Origin: a virus
Lineage: Duplodnaviria; Caudoviricetes
Direction: 5' to 3' (one strand)
Length of the DNA stretch: 61,454 bases
Virus record (IMG/VR): IMGVR_UViG_3300021368_000782
Location: 1 to 61,454 of that record
Below the pieces are notes generated by a model. That model did not search any database. It saw only the letters and a list, made by a program, of their open reading frames with translations, and was not told the origin of the DNA. The stretch's first letter is position 1; each line of letters opens with the position of its first letter. Both the position numbers and the translations under genes were made by a program. This document shows positions 47,725 to 57,349 of this stretch, one piece after another.

Positions 47725-48209
47725 TCTATGATGATTTCCTCCCTGAAGATTTGTTTGTACAAGTCAGGGATGCAATCATCAATTCCAATTTCCCCATGTA
47801 TTATCAGACCACTACAGTGACTGATAAAAAACGACAAGATGAAATTAGTTTTGCCCATACTCTTTATAGAGACTATGGACCAACTAGTAGTAATTTTGAT
47901 ATTCTAAAGTTGTTGATTGGTCAAAGTGATATCATTGATTGTAAATCTATTTTGAGATCAAAGATCAATTGCTATCCTAGAACTGAGAAACTTGTCGAAC
48001 ATGATCTACACACTGATTATGATTTCCCACATAAAGGTTTCTTATATTACTTGAATACTTGTGATGGGTATACTATACTGAATAATGGAGAGGATACTGT
48101 GGACAGCGTTGAAAATCGACTTTTGGTTTTTGATCCTTCTATACCACATGCATCCACATCATGCACTGATGAAAAGTGTAGATGGAACATTATCATGAAT
48201 TACCTATGA
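47712..48209 (+). CDS. 2OG-Fe(II) oxygenase
   Basis: HTD...H...R pattern, YYLNTCDGYT. Confidence 0.8.
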   Translation: MEYMIYDDFLPEDLFVQVRDAIINSNFPMYYQTTTVTDKKRQDEISFAHTLYRDYGPTSSNFDILKLLIGQSDIIDCKSILRSKINCYPRTEKLVEHDLHTDYDFPHKGFLYYLNTCDGYTILNNGEDTVDSVENRLLVFDPSIPHASTSCTDEKCRWNIIMNYL

Positions 48210-48733
48210 ACATCTTTGTGACTGACCCTGACCCTATTGCCTGTGCTAAAGTTCTCCCTGATAAACACATTGTTAAGATGCCACTTGAATGCTGTCAAAT
48301 GCTATCTATTGTTGCATCTGACAAGTGGGGTCATGGATTTGGTACGCTTCCGAAAGCAGACGGTAACCCTTATGCAACTGAGAAGGGTGCATTTCGTAAT
48401 CATCCTTGTACTAAATGGGCAAATGACTATGTACTCAACTGGAGGTGGTTGATTCGTCATGGTCTTGCCCTATGTGAAGAGTATTCACATAGATACCAAA
48501 AGATCCATACCTGTCTTACTGCACTATCACATGCAAACCAAATTTTTCCATTTGGAGATCCTACAGGTAGATCTGGAAAAGACCCTAAACCCTTTGTTCG
48601 CGCTATGCCAGATGAGTTTAAACTTGACACAAGCATCGACACTTTTACTGCTTACAAAATGTACATTAGCAGCAAACCTTGGGTTGCATCTAATTATCTT
48701 CGTGACCCATCCAGAAAGCCCGATTGGGTCTGA
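48206..48733 (+). CDS. pyrimidine dimer DNA glycosylase / DenV-like
   Basis: MNIFVTD, DKHIVKMPLE, NHPCTKW, EYSHRY. Confidence 0.75.
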   Translation: MNIFVTDPDPIACAKVLPDKHIVKMPLECCQMLSIVASDKWGHGFGTLPKADGNPYATEKGAFRNHPCTKWANDYVLNWRWLIRHGLALCEEYSHRYQKIHTCLTALSHANQIFPFGDPTGRSGKDPKPFVRAMPDEFKLDTSIDTFTAYKMYISSKPWVASNYLRDPSRKPDWV

Positions 48734-48736
48734 GTC

Positions 48737-49072
48737 ATGAGACATATTTTATTTACTTTAAAAGAATGTCCACACTACCTCCTAGATGATGAAGCACATA
48801 TTCGTGAATCCTTAGTTGCTGCTGCAATACTTGCAGAGAGTACACTTCTAGACTTGTCATCACACAAGTTTGATCCACAAGGAGTCACTGCGGTTGCTTT
48901 ACTTGCTGAGTCACACATCAGCATACATACATGGCCCGAAAAAGGTATGGCTGTCTGTGATGTATTTACTTGCGGGGATCACACTAAACCAGAATCCGCT
49001 GCAAAGTATCTGTATCAAGTCATGGGTGCCAAAGATTCGGTCTCTGAAACCTTCACTAGACCATTGCACTAA
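48737..49072 (+). CDS. speD: S-adenosylmethionine decarboxylase
   Basis: LLAESHISIHTWPE, DVFTCG. Confidence 0.95.
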   Translation: MRHILFTLKECPHYLLDDEAHIRESLVAAAILAESTLLDLSSHKFDPQGVTAVALLAESHISIHTWPEKGMAVCDVFTCGDHTKPESAAKYLYQVMGAKDSVSETFTRPLH

Positions 49073-49095
49073 ATAAAACTACACCATTTAAAATC

Positions 49096-49329
49096 ATGCC
49101 CACATACCCTGTTAAACATAAAGAGACTGGGGAGACTAAGACTCTCCACATGACCATGAAAGACTACTGTACCTGGAAGGATGAGAATCCAGACTGGGAT
49201 AAGGATTGGTCTGCAGGGTGTGCAGGCGTCGCCGAAGTTGGTGAATGGAAAAACAAAGTTGACGGTGGATTCAAAGATGTCTTGACGAATATCAAGAACC
49301 ACCACCCAGGCGCCACATTTGAAGTCTAA
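49096..49329 (+). CDS. FmdB-like small protein
   Basis: MPTYP...TGE N-terminus; immediately upstream of phoH. Confidence 0.6.
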   Translation: MPTYPVKHKETGETKTLHMTMKDYCTWKDENPDWDKDWSAGCAGVAEVGEWKNKVDGGFKDVLTNIKNHHPGATFEV

Positions 49330-49337
49330 ACAAAACT

Positions 49338-50078
49338 ATGCCAAGAAAGAAGAAATCTCTCGCTGATACTAGCGCAAAGGTGATGCGTCGTAAGAAACCG
49401 ATCAATAATGATCAACTTCTTGACATTTCGCCACTTACCCCAACACAAGACAAGGTGTTTGAGGAGTGGACTAAAGACAAAAACCTTTGTCTCTTTGGTG
49501 CTGCAGGTACAGGTAAAACATTTGTTGCTCTGTATCTTGCACTGAAGTCTGTTCTGGATGAGAACACTCCCTATGAGAAGATCTATATCGTCAGATCTCT
49601 TGTAGCAACCCGTGAGATTGGTTTCCTTCCTGGTGACCATGATGACAAAGCTGCATTGTATCAGATTCCATATAAGAACATGGTTCAATACATGTTCGAG
49701 ATGCCTTCTGATTCAGACTTTGACATTCTCTATGATAAACTGAAAGAACAGGAAACTATTTCTTTCTGGTCCACCAGTTTTATTCGTGGTACTACTCTCG
49801 ATAACTCTATTGTTATCATTGATGAGATGCAGAACTTGAATTTTCACGAACTTGATAGTATAATTACAAGGTGTGGTCAAGACACCAAGATTATTTTCTC
49901 TGGTGATGCCGTACAGTCCGACCTTCAAAAGACTAATGAACGTAATGGTATTCTAAATTTCATGAGTATCATTCGGAACATGGAAGAGTTCAGTTGTATT
50001 GAATTCAATATCCAAGACATTGTTCGTTCTGGTCTGGTCCGAAGTTATCTTGTCGCAAAAATTGAAGCAGGATTTTGA
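49338..50078 (+). CDS. phoH: PhoH-like ATPase
   Basis: GAAGTGKT, IGFLPG, RGTT, DEMQN, GDAVQSD, DIVRSG. Confidence 0.95.
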   Translation: MPRKKKSLADTSAKVMRRKKPINNDQLLDISPLTPTQDKVFEEWTKDKNLCLFGAAGTGKTFVALYLALKSVLDENTPYEKIYIVRSLVATREIGFLPGDHDDKAALYQIPYKNMVQYMFEMPSDSDFDILYDKLKEQETISFWSTSFIRGTTLDNSIVIIDEMQNLNFHELDSIITRCGQDTKIIFSGDAVQSDLQKTNERNGILNFMSIIRNMEEFSCIEFNIQDIVRSGLVRSYLVAKIEAGF

Positions 50079-50740
50079 TGTTTGAACATGTTGAACTCGA
50101 TCTCCCTGCTAAACTTAAACGCGAAGAGATCGACGGTAAGAGATACTATCGATTACCTGATGATGATGTAACTAAATTAGTTTCCATCACCACGGTTACT
50201 AGTTTCCAATCTAGAAAAGCAATTGCAAAGTGGCGCCGTAAAGTCGGTGAATCAGAAGCAAACAAAATTTCTAGTCGTGCTGCAAGTCGTGGGACTGATA
50301 TGCACACACTGGTTGAACACTACTTAAAGAACGAACCAATCCCAGAGAAACAACCACTCTCTGAATTCTTATTTAAGTTTGCTAAACCAAAACTAAACAA
50401 CCTAAACAAAATCCACGCTTTAGAAAAGTCCCTATATAGTAAGAGACTTGGCGTAGCAGGAACTGTTGATTGCATTGCAGAATACAACGGTGAACTCGCT
50501 ATAGTTGACTTCAAGACTTCAAAAGAACCAAAACCTAGAGAATGGATTGAAAGTTACTTCGTACAAGCTGTTGGATATGCTTGTATGTTGTACGAATTGA
50601 CTGGTATTTCAGTCAAAAAACTTGTTATCATTATGTCATGTGAAAATGGAGAGTGCGCCGTCTATGAAGAGTACGACAAACAAAAGTATATTCGATTACT
50701 TATGCAGTACATCCGTAACTGGAAAGAATTTAATGAGTAG
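50075..50740 (+). CDS. PD-(D/E)XK exonuclease
   Basis: SITTV, RGTDMH, AGTVDC, IVDFKTS. Confidence 0.88.
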   Translation: MMFEHVELDLPAKLKREEIDGKRYYRLPDDDVTKLVSITTVTSFQSRKAIAKWRRKVGESEANKISSRAASRGTDMHTLVEHYLKNEPIPEKQPLSEFLFKFAKPKLNNLNKIHALEKSLYSKRLGVAGTVDCIAEYNGELAIVDFKTSKEPKPREWIESYFVQAVGYACMLYELTGISVKKLVIIMSCENGECAVYEEYDKQKYIRLLMQYIRNWKEFNE

Positions 50741-51002
50741 ACAAAAGGACGAACTGGAGAACTTGCTCGAGGGTAAGTTCTTAACTGCCTCTAAGTTCTC
50801 TCTGGAGATCGAAGAGATTGTTCGTGACTGCAAAGGTGAACTTAATTACATCGAAGCTATCATTTGCTACTGCGAAGAAAACCAGATCGAGTTGGAGTCT
50901 GTAAACAAACTGATTTCCAAACCACTCAAAGAAAAGATCCGTGCTGACGCACAGAGATTGAATTGCATCAAAAGAACCACTCGCGCTAAACTGCCGCTGT
51001 GA
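50733..51002 (+). CDS. gp33: late promoter transcription accessory protein
   Basis: FSLEIE, NYIEAI, LISKPLKEKI. Confidence 0.88.
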   Translation: MSRQKDELENLLEGKFLTASKFSLEIEEIVRDCKGELNYIEAIICYCEENQIELESVNKLISKPLKEKIRADAQRLNCIKRTTRAKLPL

Positions 51003-51592
51003 CGGGGTTTGAAGTATACAAAACCTATCTAGCAATCAAATTACATTTCACAAAGGACGACTACAATTACTTTACTTTCAATGGGAAGTCAAGGGCATCT
51101 GAGTCGTCCTTTGAAAAAAGAAAAGACAGATACTTTTTCAAGAAACTTGCTACTAAGTTTGACAAAGATACTATCTTACAGTTCTTTGTGTCTCATTTTG
51201 TAGAGAATAGTAGTACATGGATTGGTGATCTATCTGTATACAACTCTTCCACATATAATGCTTGGAAGAAAAAGATTCAATCTATGACATTCATGTTTGA
51301 GAATGATATAGATTATCTTATTGACATCTGTAATTTTGAAGATTTATTTGATTGCAAATCTGGTAATCATCCTATACTATTGCAAGCGTATCTTGGTGAT
51401 AGAGTAACTCTAGAATCCATGGTAATATTGAATGCTCTGGTCAAATATATTCCTGACTTTGATAAGAAGATCAAGGAACCTATTGTATGGGCAGAAGTAA
51501 GAAAGAAGGTAGTGAAATACGAACCTTTTCTTTCTATAGACAAGACTAAATATAAGCGTATCCTATTACAAAAACTCGATGGCATTCTTTGA
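50999..51592 (+). CDS. gp59: helicase loader
   Basis: YKTYLAIKLHF, KRKDRYFFKKL, GNHP. Confidence 0.9.
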   Translation: MTGFEVYKTYLAIKLHFTKDDYNYFTFNGKSRASESSFEKRKDRYFFKKLATKFDKDTILQFFVSHFVENSSTWIGDLSVYNSSTYNAWKKKIQSMTFMFENDIDYLIDICNFEDLFDCKSGNHPILLQAYLGDRVTLESMVILNALVKYIPDFDKKIKEPIVWAEVRKKVVKYEPFLSIDKTKYKRILLQKLDGIL

Positions 51593-51908
51593 TGAGGTTC
51601 CCATCCGTGCTGAAGCTGCAGAACTCTTTGATCTATATCAAAGTATGATGCGTCTAAGTATGGGTGGGTTATTGAATATGGAGCAGAAACAAGATTACCT
51701 AGACAAAATGACTAGGATTGTTGAACTGCAAAAGATCATGTACTTCAGAGCAAAATACTCTGAGGAAGATGATGCATTTGAATTCATCCAACACATGAAG
51801 CAATGCTCTAGAGTCTTGGGATACGATGGTGATGTAGATGAGGTCTTCACTGCTATGGAGTCGGACCTCAACAAAGCTCAACAAGCACTTAATATGGGAG
51901 ACACTTGA
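51579..51908 (+). CDS. DUF1825-like hypothetical protein
   Basis: MAFFD...LQKIMYFR; lies between gp59 and gp32. Confidence 0.6.
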   Translation: MAFFDEVPIRAEAAELFDLYQSMMRLSMGGLLNMEQKQDYLDKMTRIVELQKIMYFRAKYSEEDDAFEFIQHMKQCSRVLGYDGDVDEVFTAMESDLNKAQQALNMGDT

Positions 51909-51987
51909 CTCCCACCCTACAACCTGTTATAATGATTTCGTGGACAACACCACACAAGCCAAATACGAACAAATACGGAGAACACAC

Positions 51988-52908
51988 ATGTCTTTTTCTT
52001 CCCTCAAGCGCGACTCTGCTTCCGCTTTTGAAAAACTGACTCGCGAACTGGAAAAGGTTTCATCTGGAGATAACGGATCGAACAGAGATGACAACCTTTG
52101 GAAACCAGAAATGGATAAGTCAGGTAACGGTTATGCAGTGATTCGCTTCCTGCCCGCGCCCGATGGTGAAGATCTGCCTTGGGCAAAGATCTTTAGTCAT
52201 GCATTCCAAGGTCCTGGTGGATGGTATATTGAAAATTCTTTGACTACCATTGGTAAGTCTGACCCTGTTGGTGACATGAATCGCCAACTCTGGAACAGTG
52301 GTTCTGATCGCGACAAAGAAACTGCTCGCAAACAGAAACGTAAACTGTCCTACTACTCTAACATCTATGTCGTTCAGGATCCTCTGCATCCCGAGAACGA
52401 AGGTAAGGTCTTCCTCTACAAGTATGGTAAGAAGATCCATGACAAGGTTGTTGAAGCAATGCAACCTGCATTTGCAGACGAGACTCCCATCAATCCTTTT
52501 GACTTCTGGAAGGGTGCTAACTTCAAACTGAAGATTCGCAAACTTGATGGTTACTGGAACTATGACAAGTCTGAGTTTGATTCTCCTTCAACTCTTGGTA
52601 AGTTTGATGATGATCAACTCGAAGCAATCTACAAGTCTCAGTATTCTCTCGCAGAACTGACTGCTGCAGACAAGTTCAAGACCTACGAAGAACTTGAGAA
52701 ACGCATGAATACTGTGCTGAACACCAAGAAAGCACCTCGTATCGATCCCGAGACTGTTGAAGATGAGAACGAAGGTCGCGGTTACGATCACGCTAGTGAT
52801 AGTTTCAACGCTCCTGATATCACACCTACAGCTGTAGTTCCTCAGATGAGTGCAGAAGAAAGTGAAGAGGATGCAATGTCTTACTTCGCTCGTCTTGCTG
52901 AAGAATGA
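51988..52908 (+). CDS. gp32: single-stranded DNA binding protein
   Basis: GNGYAVIRFLP, WYIENSLTT, NYDKSEF, acidic tail; promoter TTGACT-N17-TATAAT at 51905-51933. Confidence 0.96.
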   Translation: MSFSSLKRDSASAFEKLTRELEKVSSGDNGSNRDDNLWKPEMDKSGNGYAVIRFLPAPDGEDLPWAKIFSHAFQGPGGWYIENSLTTIGKSDPVGDMNRQLWNSGSDRDKETARKQKRKLSYYSNIYVVQDPLHPENEGKVFLYKYGKKIHDKVVEAMQPAFADETPINPFDFWKGANFKLKIRKLDGYWNYDKSEFDSPSTLGKFDDDQLEAIYKSQYSLAELTAADKFKTYEELEKRMNTVLNTKKAPRIDPETVEDENEGRGYDHASDSFNAPDITPTAVVPQMSAEESEEDAMSYFARLAEE

Positions 52909-52917
52909 TAAATAGTT

Positions 52918-52994
52918 GTGTCACTCTTTCGTGCGTGACACTCTACGAATAGGAATATCGCTTTAATGAGGGGGTTAACCACCCCTCTTTTTTT
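52918..52994 (+). ncRNA. putative small pseudoknotted RNA plus terminator
   Basis: TAAATA at 52909; stem GUGUCAC/GUGACAC; loop UUCGU can pair with downstream ACGAA; GAGGGG/CCCCUC-U terminator. Confidence 0.45.
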
Positions 52995-53697
52995 ATGATC
53001 TGACGAATGGTTCGGAGATTCTTAGACCTTCCCTACTAACTTTATAATCAGTATTATATTCAAGCAACTTCTCTAGTTCTTCTTCCAATAGACTTAGATA
53101 TCTCTTCCTAGGAATAATAATATCTCTTTTCTTTTCATTCTGTTCATATTCATACTCTCTGTTAGTAACTGCAGTAAGACCTTGTGTGGCAGATACAGTG
53201 TTCACAACTTGTGTTCTTACACCATTGGTTGTACTGTCTGTATAATATTCAAATGACCAGTCAGGTAAATATCCAGATGCTTGTTGTGTAGTAGTTTCTG
53301 CATATTCAACAATGATACCCTGTTTTAATACTTCGCCCAAATTACTATCAACTACTCTATCAGTTTCCCAGTGACGAATCTTATCAACATTACTAGCACC
53401 ATACTTAGTTTCCATATAGTCTTCTAATTCATCTGGTCCCATAGGCCATTCAGAGTGAATATCTGTGATGTTATTCAACAACAAAATCGTCCAATAATAA
53501 GTAGAGTCATTATATTGTTTGAATGCAAGTTGTTCTACAGTCTCTCCTGGTAGAATAGTATAAGGAACTGAAGAACTAAACACTGCATTATAACCATCAC
53601 GAGCTCTTACTCTACGAAATAAGTTCTTCGATAGTTTAAAATTATTTTTATCCTTGAAATCAGGATATAAAAAATCTGGTTGGGAATTGAAAAACAT
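52993..53697 (-). CDS. gp53: baseplate wedge subunit
   Basis: KNLFRRV, YNDSTYYWTILLLNNI..WP, NREYE...NEKKR. Confidence 0.85.
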   Translation of the reverse strand: MFFNSQPDFLYPDFKDKNNFKLSKNLFRRVRARDGYNAVFSSSVPYTILPGETVEQLAFKQYNDSTYYWTILLLNNITDIHSEWPMGPDELEDYMETKYGASNVDKIRHWETDRVVDSNLGEVLKQGIIVEYAETTTQQASGYLPDWSFEYYTDSTTNGVRTQVVNTVSATQGLTAVTNREYEYEQNEKKRDIIIPRKRYLSLLEEELEKLLEYNTDYKVSREGLRISEPFVRS

Positions 53698-53698
53698 T

Positions 53699-54706
53699 TT
53701 AGAAATTCTCGTTGATTACTTCGGTCTGTGTAATGATTTCTGTCTCGGTGAAATTCAATGTCATTGTGTATGCAACTGGATTTGCACCTTCATAAGTTGC
53801 CCAAATAGCATCAGGAGTGTAGTTGACAACAACTCCTGTCAAAATACATGGTTTGAGTCTTGGTAACGCTTCAATTTCTGCACCATTGTTACCTTGATGC
53901 CAAGAGATTCTAAAGATCTTAGGTATTGTCAACCAACGATCTGATACAGATCCTGCATCATCACCATTACCAAGAGTTGCAGCGTAATCTGGTAACGCCA
54001 TTGCTCTAAGTTTTTTGATAATTGCTTTGATCTTTGTAGTTTCTCCATCATTTCTTGGAACAAGTTTCCAATCAAATGTAAACTGTCTCATGTTTACACC
54101 GTTGAACACCTGTTCGGTATATGGGTTTTGAATTCTACCGAATGCATTCTGTGTGATTTGATTTGCAGAACTACCACCCATCTGAGCAACAGCATCTAAT
54201 GCACCCATTGCAAGACCAGTCTTACCAGCACCTGCAGCTGCTTGAAGAGTATCTGTAATTGCAGAGGATCCTTCGTTATTAACAATTTGACTTGCCAGTT
54301 TAGGAAGAACCTTTCCAAGAATACCAGAGTTCTGTGTATAGTTTGGATTGTCAGAATAATTTACATTTGCTGGTACAGGTAAAATCACTGTACCATGTGG
54401 TGCTGCATTAATCTTTGTCTTGGATTGTGTATTACCAAGAAAACTAGTAGCACTAACTACATCATTAGATACACCTGACTCACTCTCTACTGCTTTCTGA
54501 ACAATATCTTCTGCTGTTCCAGTAGTTGTAAAACTAATCTGAGATACCTTTACAAATTCTACAATATCAATCTGCATATAATCATATCCGCCACCTGAAG
54601 GCCACTGCAAATCGCCGACAAGTCTATTTTTACTACCCAGCAACCTTCTAGTATTACTGCTAAGTAATGCTAGAGCGTCTGGTATAGGGTACTGCTTCGA
54701 TGCCAT
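53699..54706 (-). CDS. gp48: baseplate tail tube cap
   Basis: NPYTEQVFNG, RQFTFDWKLVPRN, VNYTP, LNFTETE. Confidence 0.85.
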   Translation of the reverse strand: MASKQYPIPDALALLSSNTRRLLGSKNRLVGDLQWPSGGGYDYMQIDIVEFVKVSQISFTTTGTAEDIVQKAVESESGVSNDVVSATSFLGNTQSKTKINAAPHGTVILPVPANVNYSDNPNYTQNSGILGKVLPKLASQIVNNEGSSAITDTLQAAAGAGKTGLAMGALDAVAQMGGSSANQITQNAFGRIQNPYTEQVFNGVNMRQFTFDWKLVPRNDGETTKIKAIIKKLRAMALPDYAATLGNGDDAGSVSDRWLTIPKIFRISWHQGNNGAEIEALPRLKPCILTGVVVNYTPDAIWATYEGANPVAYTMTLNFTETEIITQTEVINENF

Positions 54707-54741
54707 AAATATTTTTATGCGATCTATTCCTATAGCTATAT

Positions 54742-55179
54742 ATGAACACTTTGAAGGGTAGATATATTCCGAGGAACATTCGGAAGTATAGAGGAGACTA
54801 CAAGAACATCATTTATCGTTCTTCATGGGAACTTAAGTTCATGAAATACTGTGATTTAAATGACAGTATTCTTGAATGGGGTAGTGAAGAAGTTGTGATT
54901 CCATATAGATCTCCGCTAGATAACAGAATTCACAGATACTTTGTTGACTTCTATATTAAGGTAGAAGACATGAACGGTAACATCAAGAAGTATTTGATTG
55001 AAGTCAAACCCAAAAGACAAACTGCTCCTCCACCAAAACCAAAGAGACAAACTAAAAGATACATCAGTGAAGTCACTGAGTATGCAAAGAATCAGGCTAA
55101 ATGGAAAGCCGCAACTGAATTCTGTGAAGACAGACAGTGGAGTTTTATGATAATTACCGAAGACGAACTTAAGGTATGA
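54742..55179 (+). CDS. gp4: head completion nuclease
   Basis: YRSSWE, WGSEE, HRYFVDF, EVKP, NQAKWKAA. Confidence 0.92.
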   Translation: MNTLKGRYIPRNIRKYRGDYKNIIYRSSWELKFMKYCDLNDSILEWGSEEVVIPYRSPLDNRIHRYFVDFYIKVEDMNGNIKKYLIEVKPKRQTAPPPKPKRQTKRYISEVTEYAKNQAKWKAATEFCEDRQWSFMIITEDELKV

Positions 55180-55664
55180 GTATATTCTCACTAGTTAAAG
55201 ACGCTGCTGGAGACGAACCAAGATCATTTGGTTGGTATCGAGACAATGTGAAAACTCTTTTTAAGATAAGTGATCTATATGCTGATCTGGTACAACAGGA
55301 AGAGACGCTAAATCCTGTACCAGGACAGTTATACATGTTTGAATATCAGGCAGTCTACGCAGCAAGATTAAATTTCTATGATAGATTCCCTCTTGTGTAT
55401 ATCACAGGTACTGGAGATCCATTTAGAGGTATCAATCTACACTATCTCGCATTGAGACCCAGATTGAACCTAGTATTAAACCTAGAAAATGGTGTTCTTG
55501 CAGGTGTTCCCAAGAGAGCATATCATAACTATCTACTCAAGGGGTTGGAAACTCCCTTATACCTGATAAATAGTGATGATTACAGAACTGCTGCCTTCCT
55601 ACCTGTGGAGGACTTCGGCGGTACGAGTAAAACAGCAGTCTGGAACGGAGCAAAACAACAATGA
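55176..55664 (+). CDS. gp2: DNA end protector-like protein
   Basis: YDRFPL, GINLHYL, FLPVEDF. Confidence 0.75.
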   Translation: MSIFSLVKDAAGDEPRSFGWYRDNVKTLFKISDLYADLVQQEETLNPVPGQLYMFEYQAVYAARLNFYDRFPLVYITGTGDPFRGINLHYLALRPRLNLVLNLENGVLAGVPKRAYHNYLLKGLETPLYLINSDDYRTAAFLPVEDFGGTSKTAVWNGAKQQ

Positions 55665-56413
55665 CCGTAGAGAGAGTATCAAATCTAAACGTTTTATCAA
55701 ATTATAATGAGTTCAAAGCGAACGTCAGTAAGTTTGGCTATAGTATGGCCAACTTATATGATATTCAATTTGATGTATATCAATCTAGTGCATTGTACAC
55801 AGAACTTGCCTCAGACTTTGATTTGGCAACAGATGAGGGTAGTGCAACTCTAAAGGATATCGCACAGTTGATGAGATTATATACGACTGAGTGTACTATG
55901 CCTGGTGTCACTATGTCCGATAGTGAATATCGAATCACCAACACACCTCAGTTAAAATATGCCTATGGTGCAGTCTTTAATGAGTTTAGTGTTACATTTC
56001 TGATGGATGCAAACTCGAACATCAGGAAGTTGTTTGATAAGTGGACAAACGTCATTTATCCATATTCAGCATTCCAAGGTGCTGGTGATGGTGTTTTAAG
56101 AACTAGATATAAAGATGAGTACATTGCTGATATCACTGTAGTTAAATATGAAAGAGCAACTTCTTCTATAAGGAATAGATCTTTTGCTAATAACATCCCA
56201 GGTAGAAGAATTATTCCAAATGGTGAGAGTGATGCAACTACTGGTTTTAAAGATAACGTTGCAGTTCATGCCGTAAGGATGAAAAATGCATTTCCAAAAT
56301 CTATTGACTCAATGAGTCTTTCTTCTGATGCTGGTCAGATGACTCAGTTCTCTGTTTCATTTGAGTATGAGTCATTACAGACTAGTACTCCTACCAGATC
56401 TGCCCTCAGATAA
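55661..56413 (+). CDS. tail tube initiator / gp54-like protein
   Basis: MPG, FDKW, NAFP, FSVSFEY tube-protein-like motifs. Confidence 0.7.
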   Translation: MTVERVSNLNVLSNYNEFKANVSKFGYSMANLYDIQFDVYQSSALYTELASDFDLATDEGSATLKDIAQLMRLYTTECTMPGVTMSDSEYRITNTPQLKYAYGAVFNEFSVTFLMDANSNIRKLFDKWTNVIYPYSAFQGAGDGVLRTRYKDEYIADITVVKYERATSSIRNRSFANNIPGRRIIPNGESDATTGFKDNVAVHAVRMKNAFPKSIDSMSLSSDAGQMTQFSVSFEYESLQTSTPTRSALR

Positions 56414-56450
56414 ACCTTATAAATATTTTCAGATTATATTATTTGTTGTA

Positions 56451-57167
56451 ATGCCTTTACCAAAGCTAAACGCTCCAACATATGAGTTGGCACTTCCTTC
56501 CACAGGAAAAAAGATTAGATACCGTCCTTTCCTAGTTAAAGAAGAAAAGATTCTTCTGGTTGCTATGGAATCTGAGGATGAAAAACAAATGCAAGGAGCT
56601 GTAAAACAGATCCTAAAAAACTGCATTCTATCTAGAGGAGTTAAAGTAGATGATTTGTCAGTCTTTGACATTGAATATCTATTCCTCAATATCCGTGGTA
56701 AGTCTGTTGGTGAAGAAGTTAAGTTGAATCTCATCTGTCCAGATGACAACGAAACTCAAGTCGAAGTGACTATTGATATCGAAGACATTCAAGTTCAAAA
56801 ACCTGAAGGTCATGATCGTGTTGTGAAACTAACTGAGGAAGTTGCTCTGGTGATGAAGTATCCAAGTATGGAAACTTTCGTCAAGAATAACATCACAGGT
56901 GATGGTAATAATGTAGATAGTATCTTTGATCTTACAATTGGATGTATTGATCAAGTTGTAGAAGGTGAGGATGTATACGAATCTAGTAGTTTTTCCAAGA
57001 AAGAACTATTAGAATTCATGGATACCATGGATAGTAGTCAATTCCAGTCGGTTCAGAATTTCTTTGAAACGATGCCTAAACTATCTCACACTGTTGAAAT
57101 CACTAACCCCAAGACTGGTGTAAAGAGTGATGTTGTTATTGAGGGTCTACAGAGTTTTTTCGATTAG
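56451..57167 (+). CDS. gp26: baseplate hub assembly protein
   Basis: MPLPK, YRPFLVKEEK, DIEYLFLNIRGKSVGE, FFETMPKL, GLQSFF. Confidence 0.9.
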   Translation: MPLPKLNAPTYELALPSTGKKIRYRPFLVKEEKILLVAMESEDEKQMQGAVKQILKNCILSRGVKVDDLSVFDIEYLFLNIRGKSVGEEVKLNLICPDDNETQVEVTIDIEDIQVQKPEGHDRVVKLTEEVALVMKYPSMETFVKNNITGDGNNVDSIFDLTIGCIDQVVEGEDVYESSSFSKKELLEFMDTMDSSQFQSVQNFFETMPKLSHTVEITNPKTGVKSDVVIEGLQSFFD

Positions 57168-57214
57168 TTCTAGCTCACGAGTCCCTTGAAAACTATTACA
57201 GAACCAATTTTGTA

Positions 57215-57346
57215 ATGGTCCAACATCACAAGTGGGACCTAGAACAATTAGAAAATATGATGCCTTGGGAAAGAGAAATTTACGTTCAAATGCTTGTCGA
57301 TTATATCGAAGAAGAAAATGAACGAATTAAAAGTCAACAAAGATAA
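57215..57346 (+). CDS. gp51: baseplate hub assembly catalyst, cyanophage gp51-type (frame open from 57161)
   Basis: MVQHHKWDLEQLENMMPWEREIYVQML... Confidence 0.75.
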   Translation: MVQHHKWDLEQLENMMPWEREIYVQMLVDYIEEENERIKSQQR

Positions 57347-57349
57347 CTA

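Noticed and set aside
50075-50740. Cas4/CRISPR association of the exonuclease
   Set aside because: It is a standard cyanophage core exonuclease beside phoH, and no repeat-spacer array was seen in the window.
51838-51987. N-terminal extension of gp32 in the ORF track
   Set aside because: It spans the promoter and leader; the GGAG RBS precedes ATG 51988.
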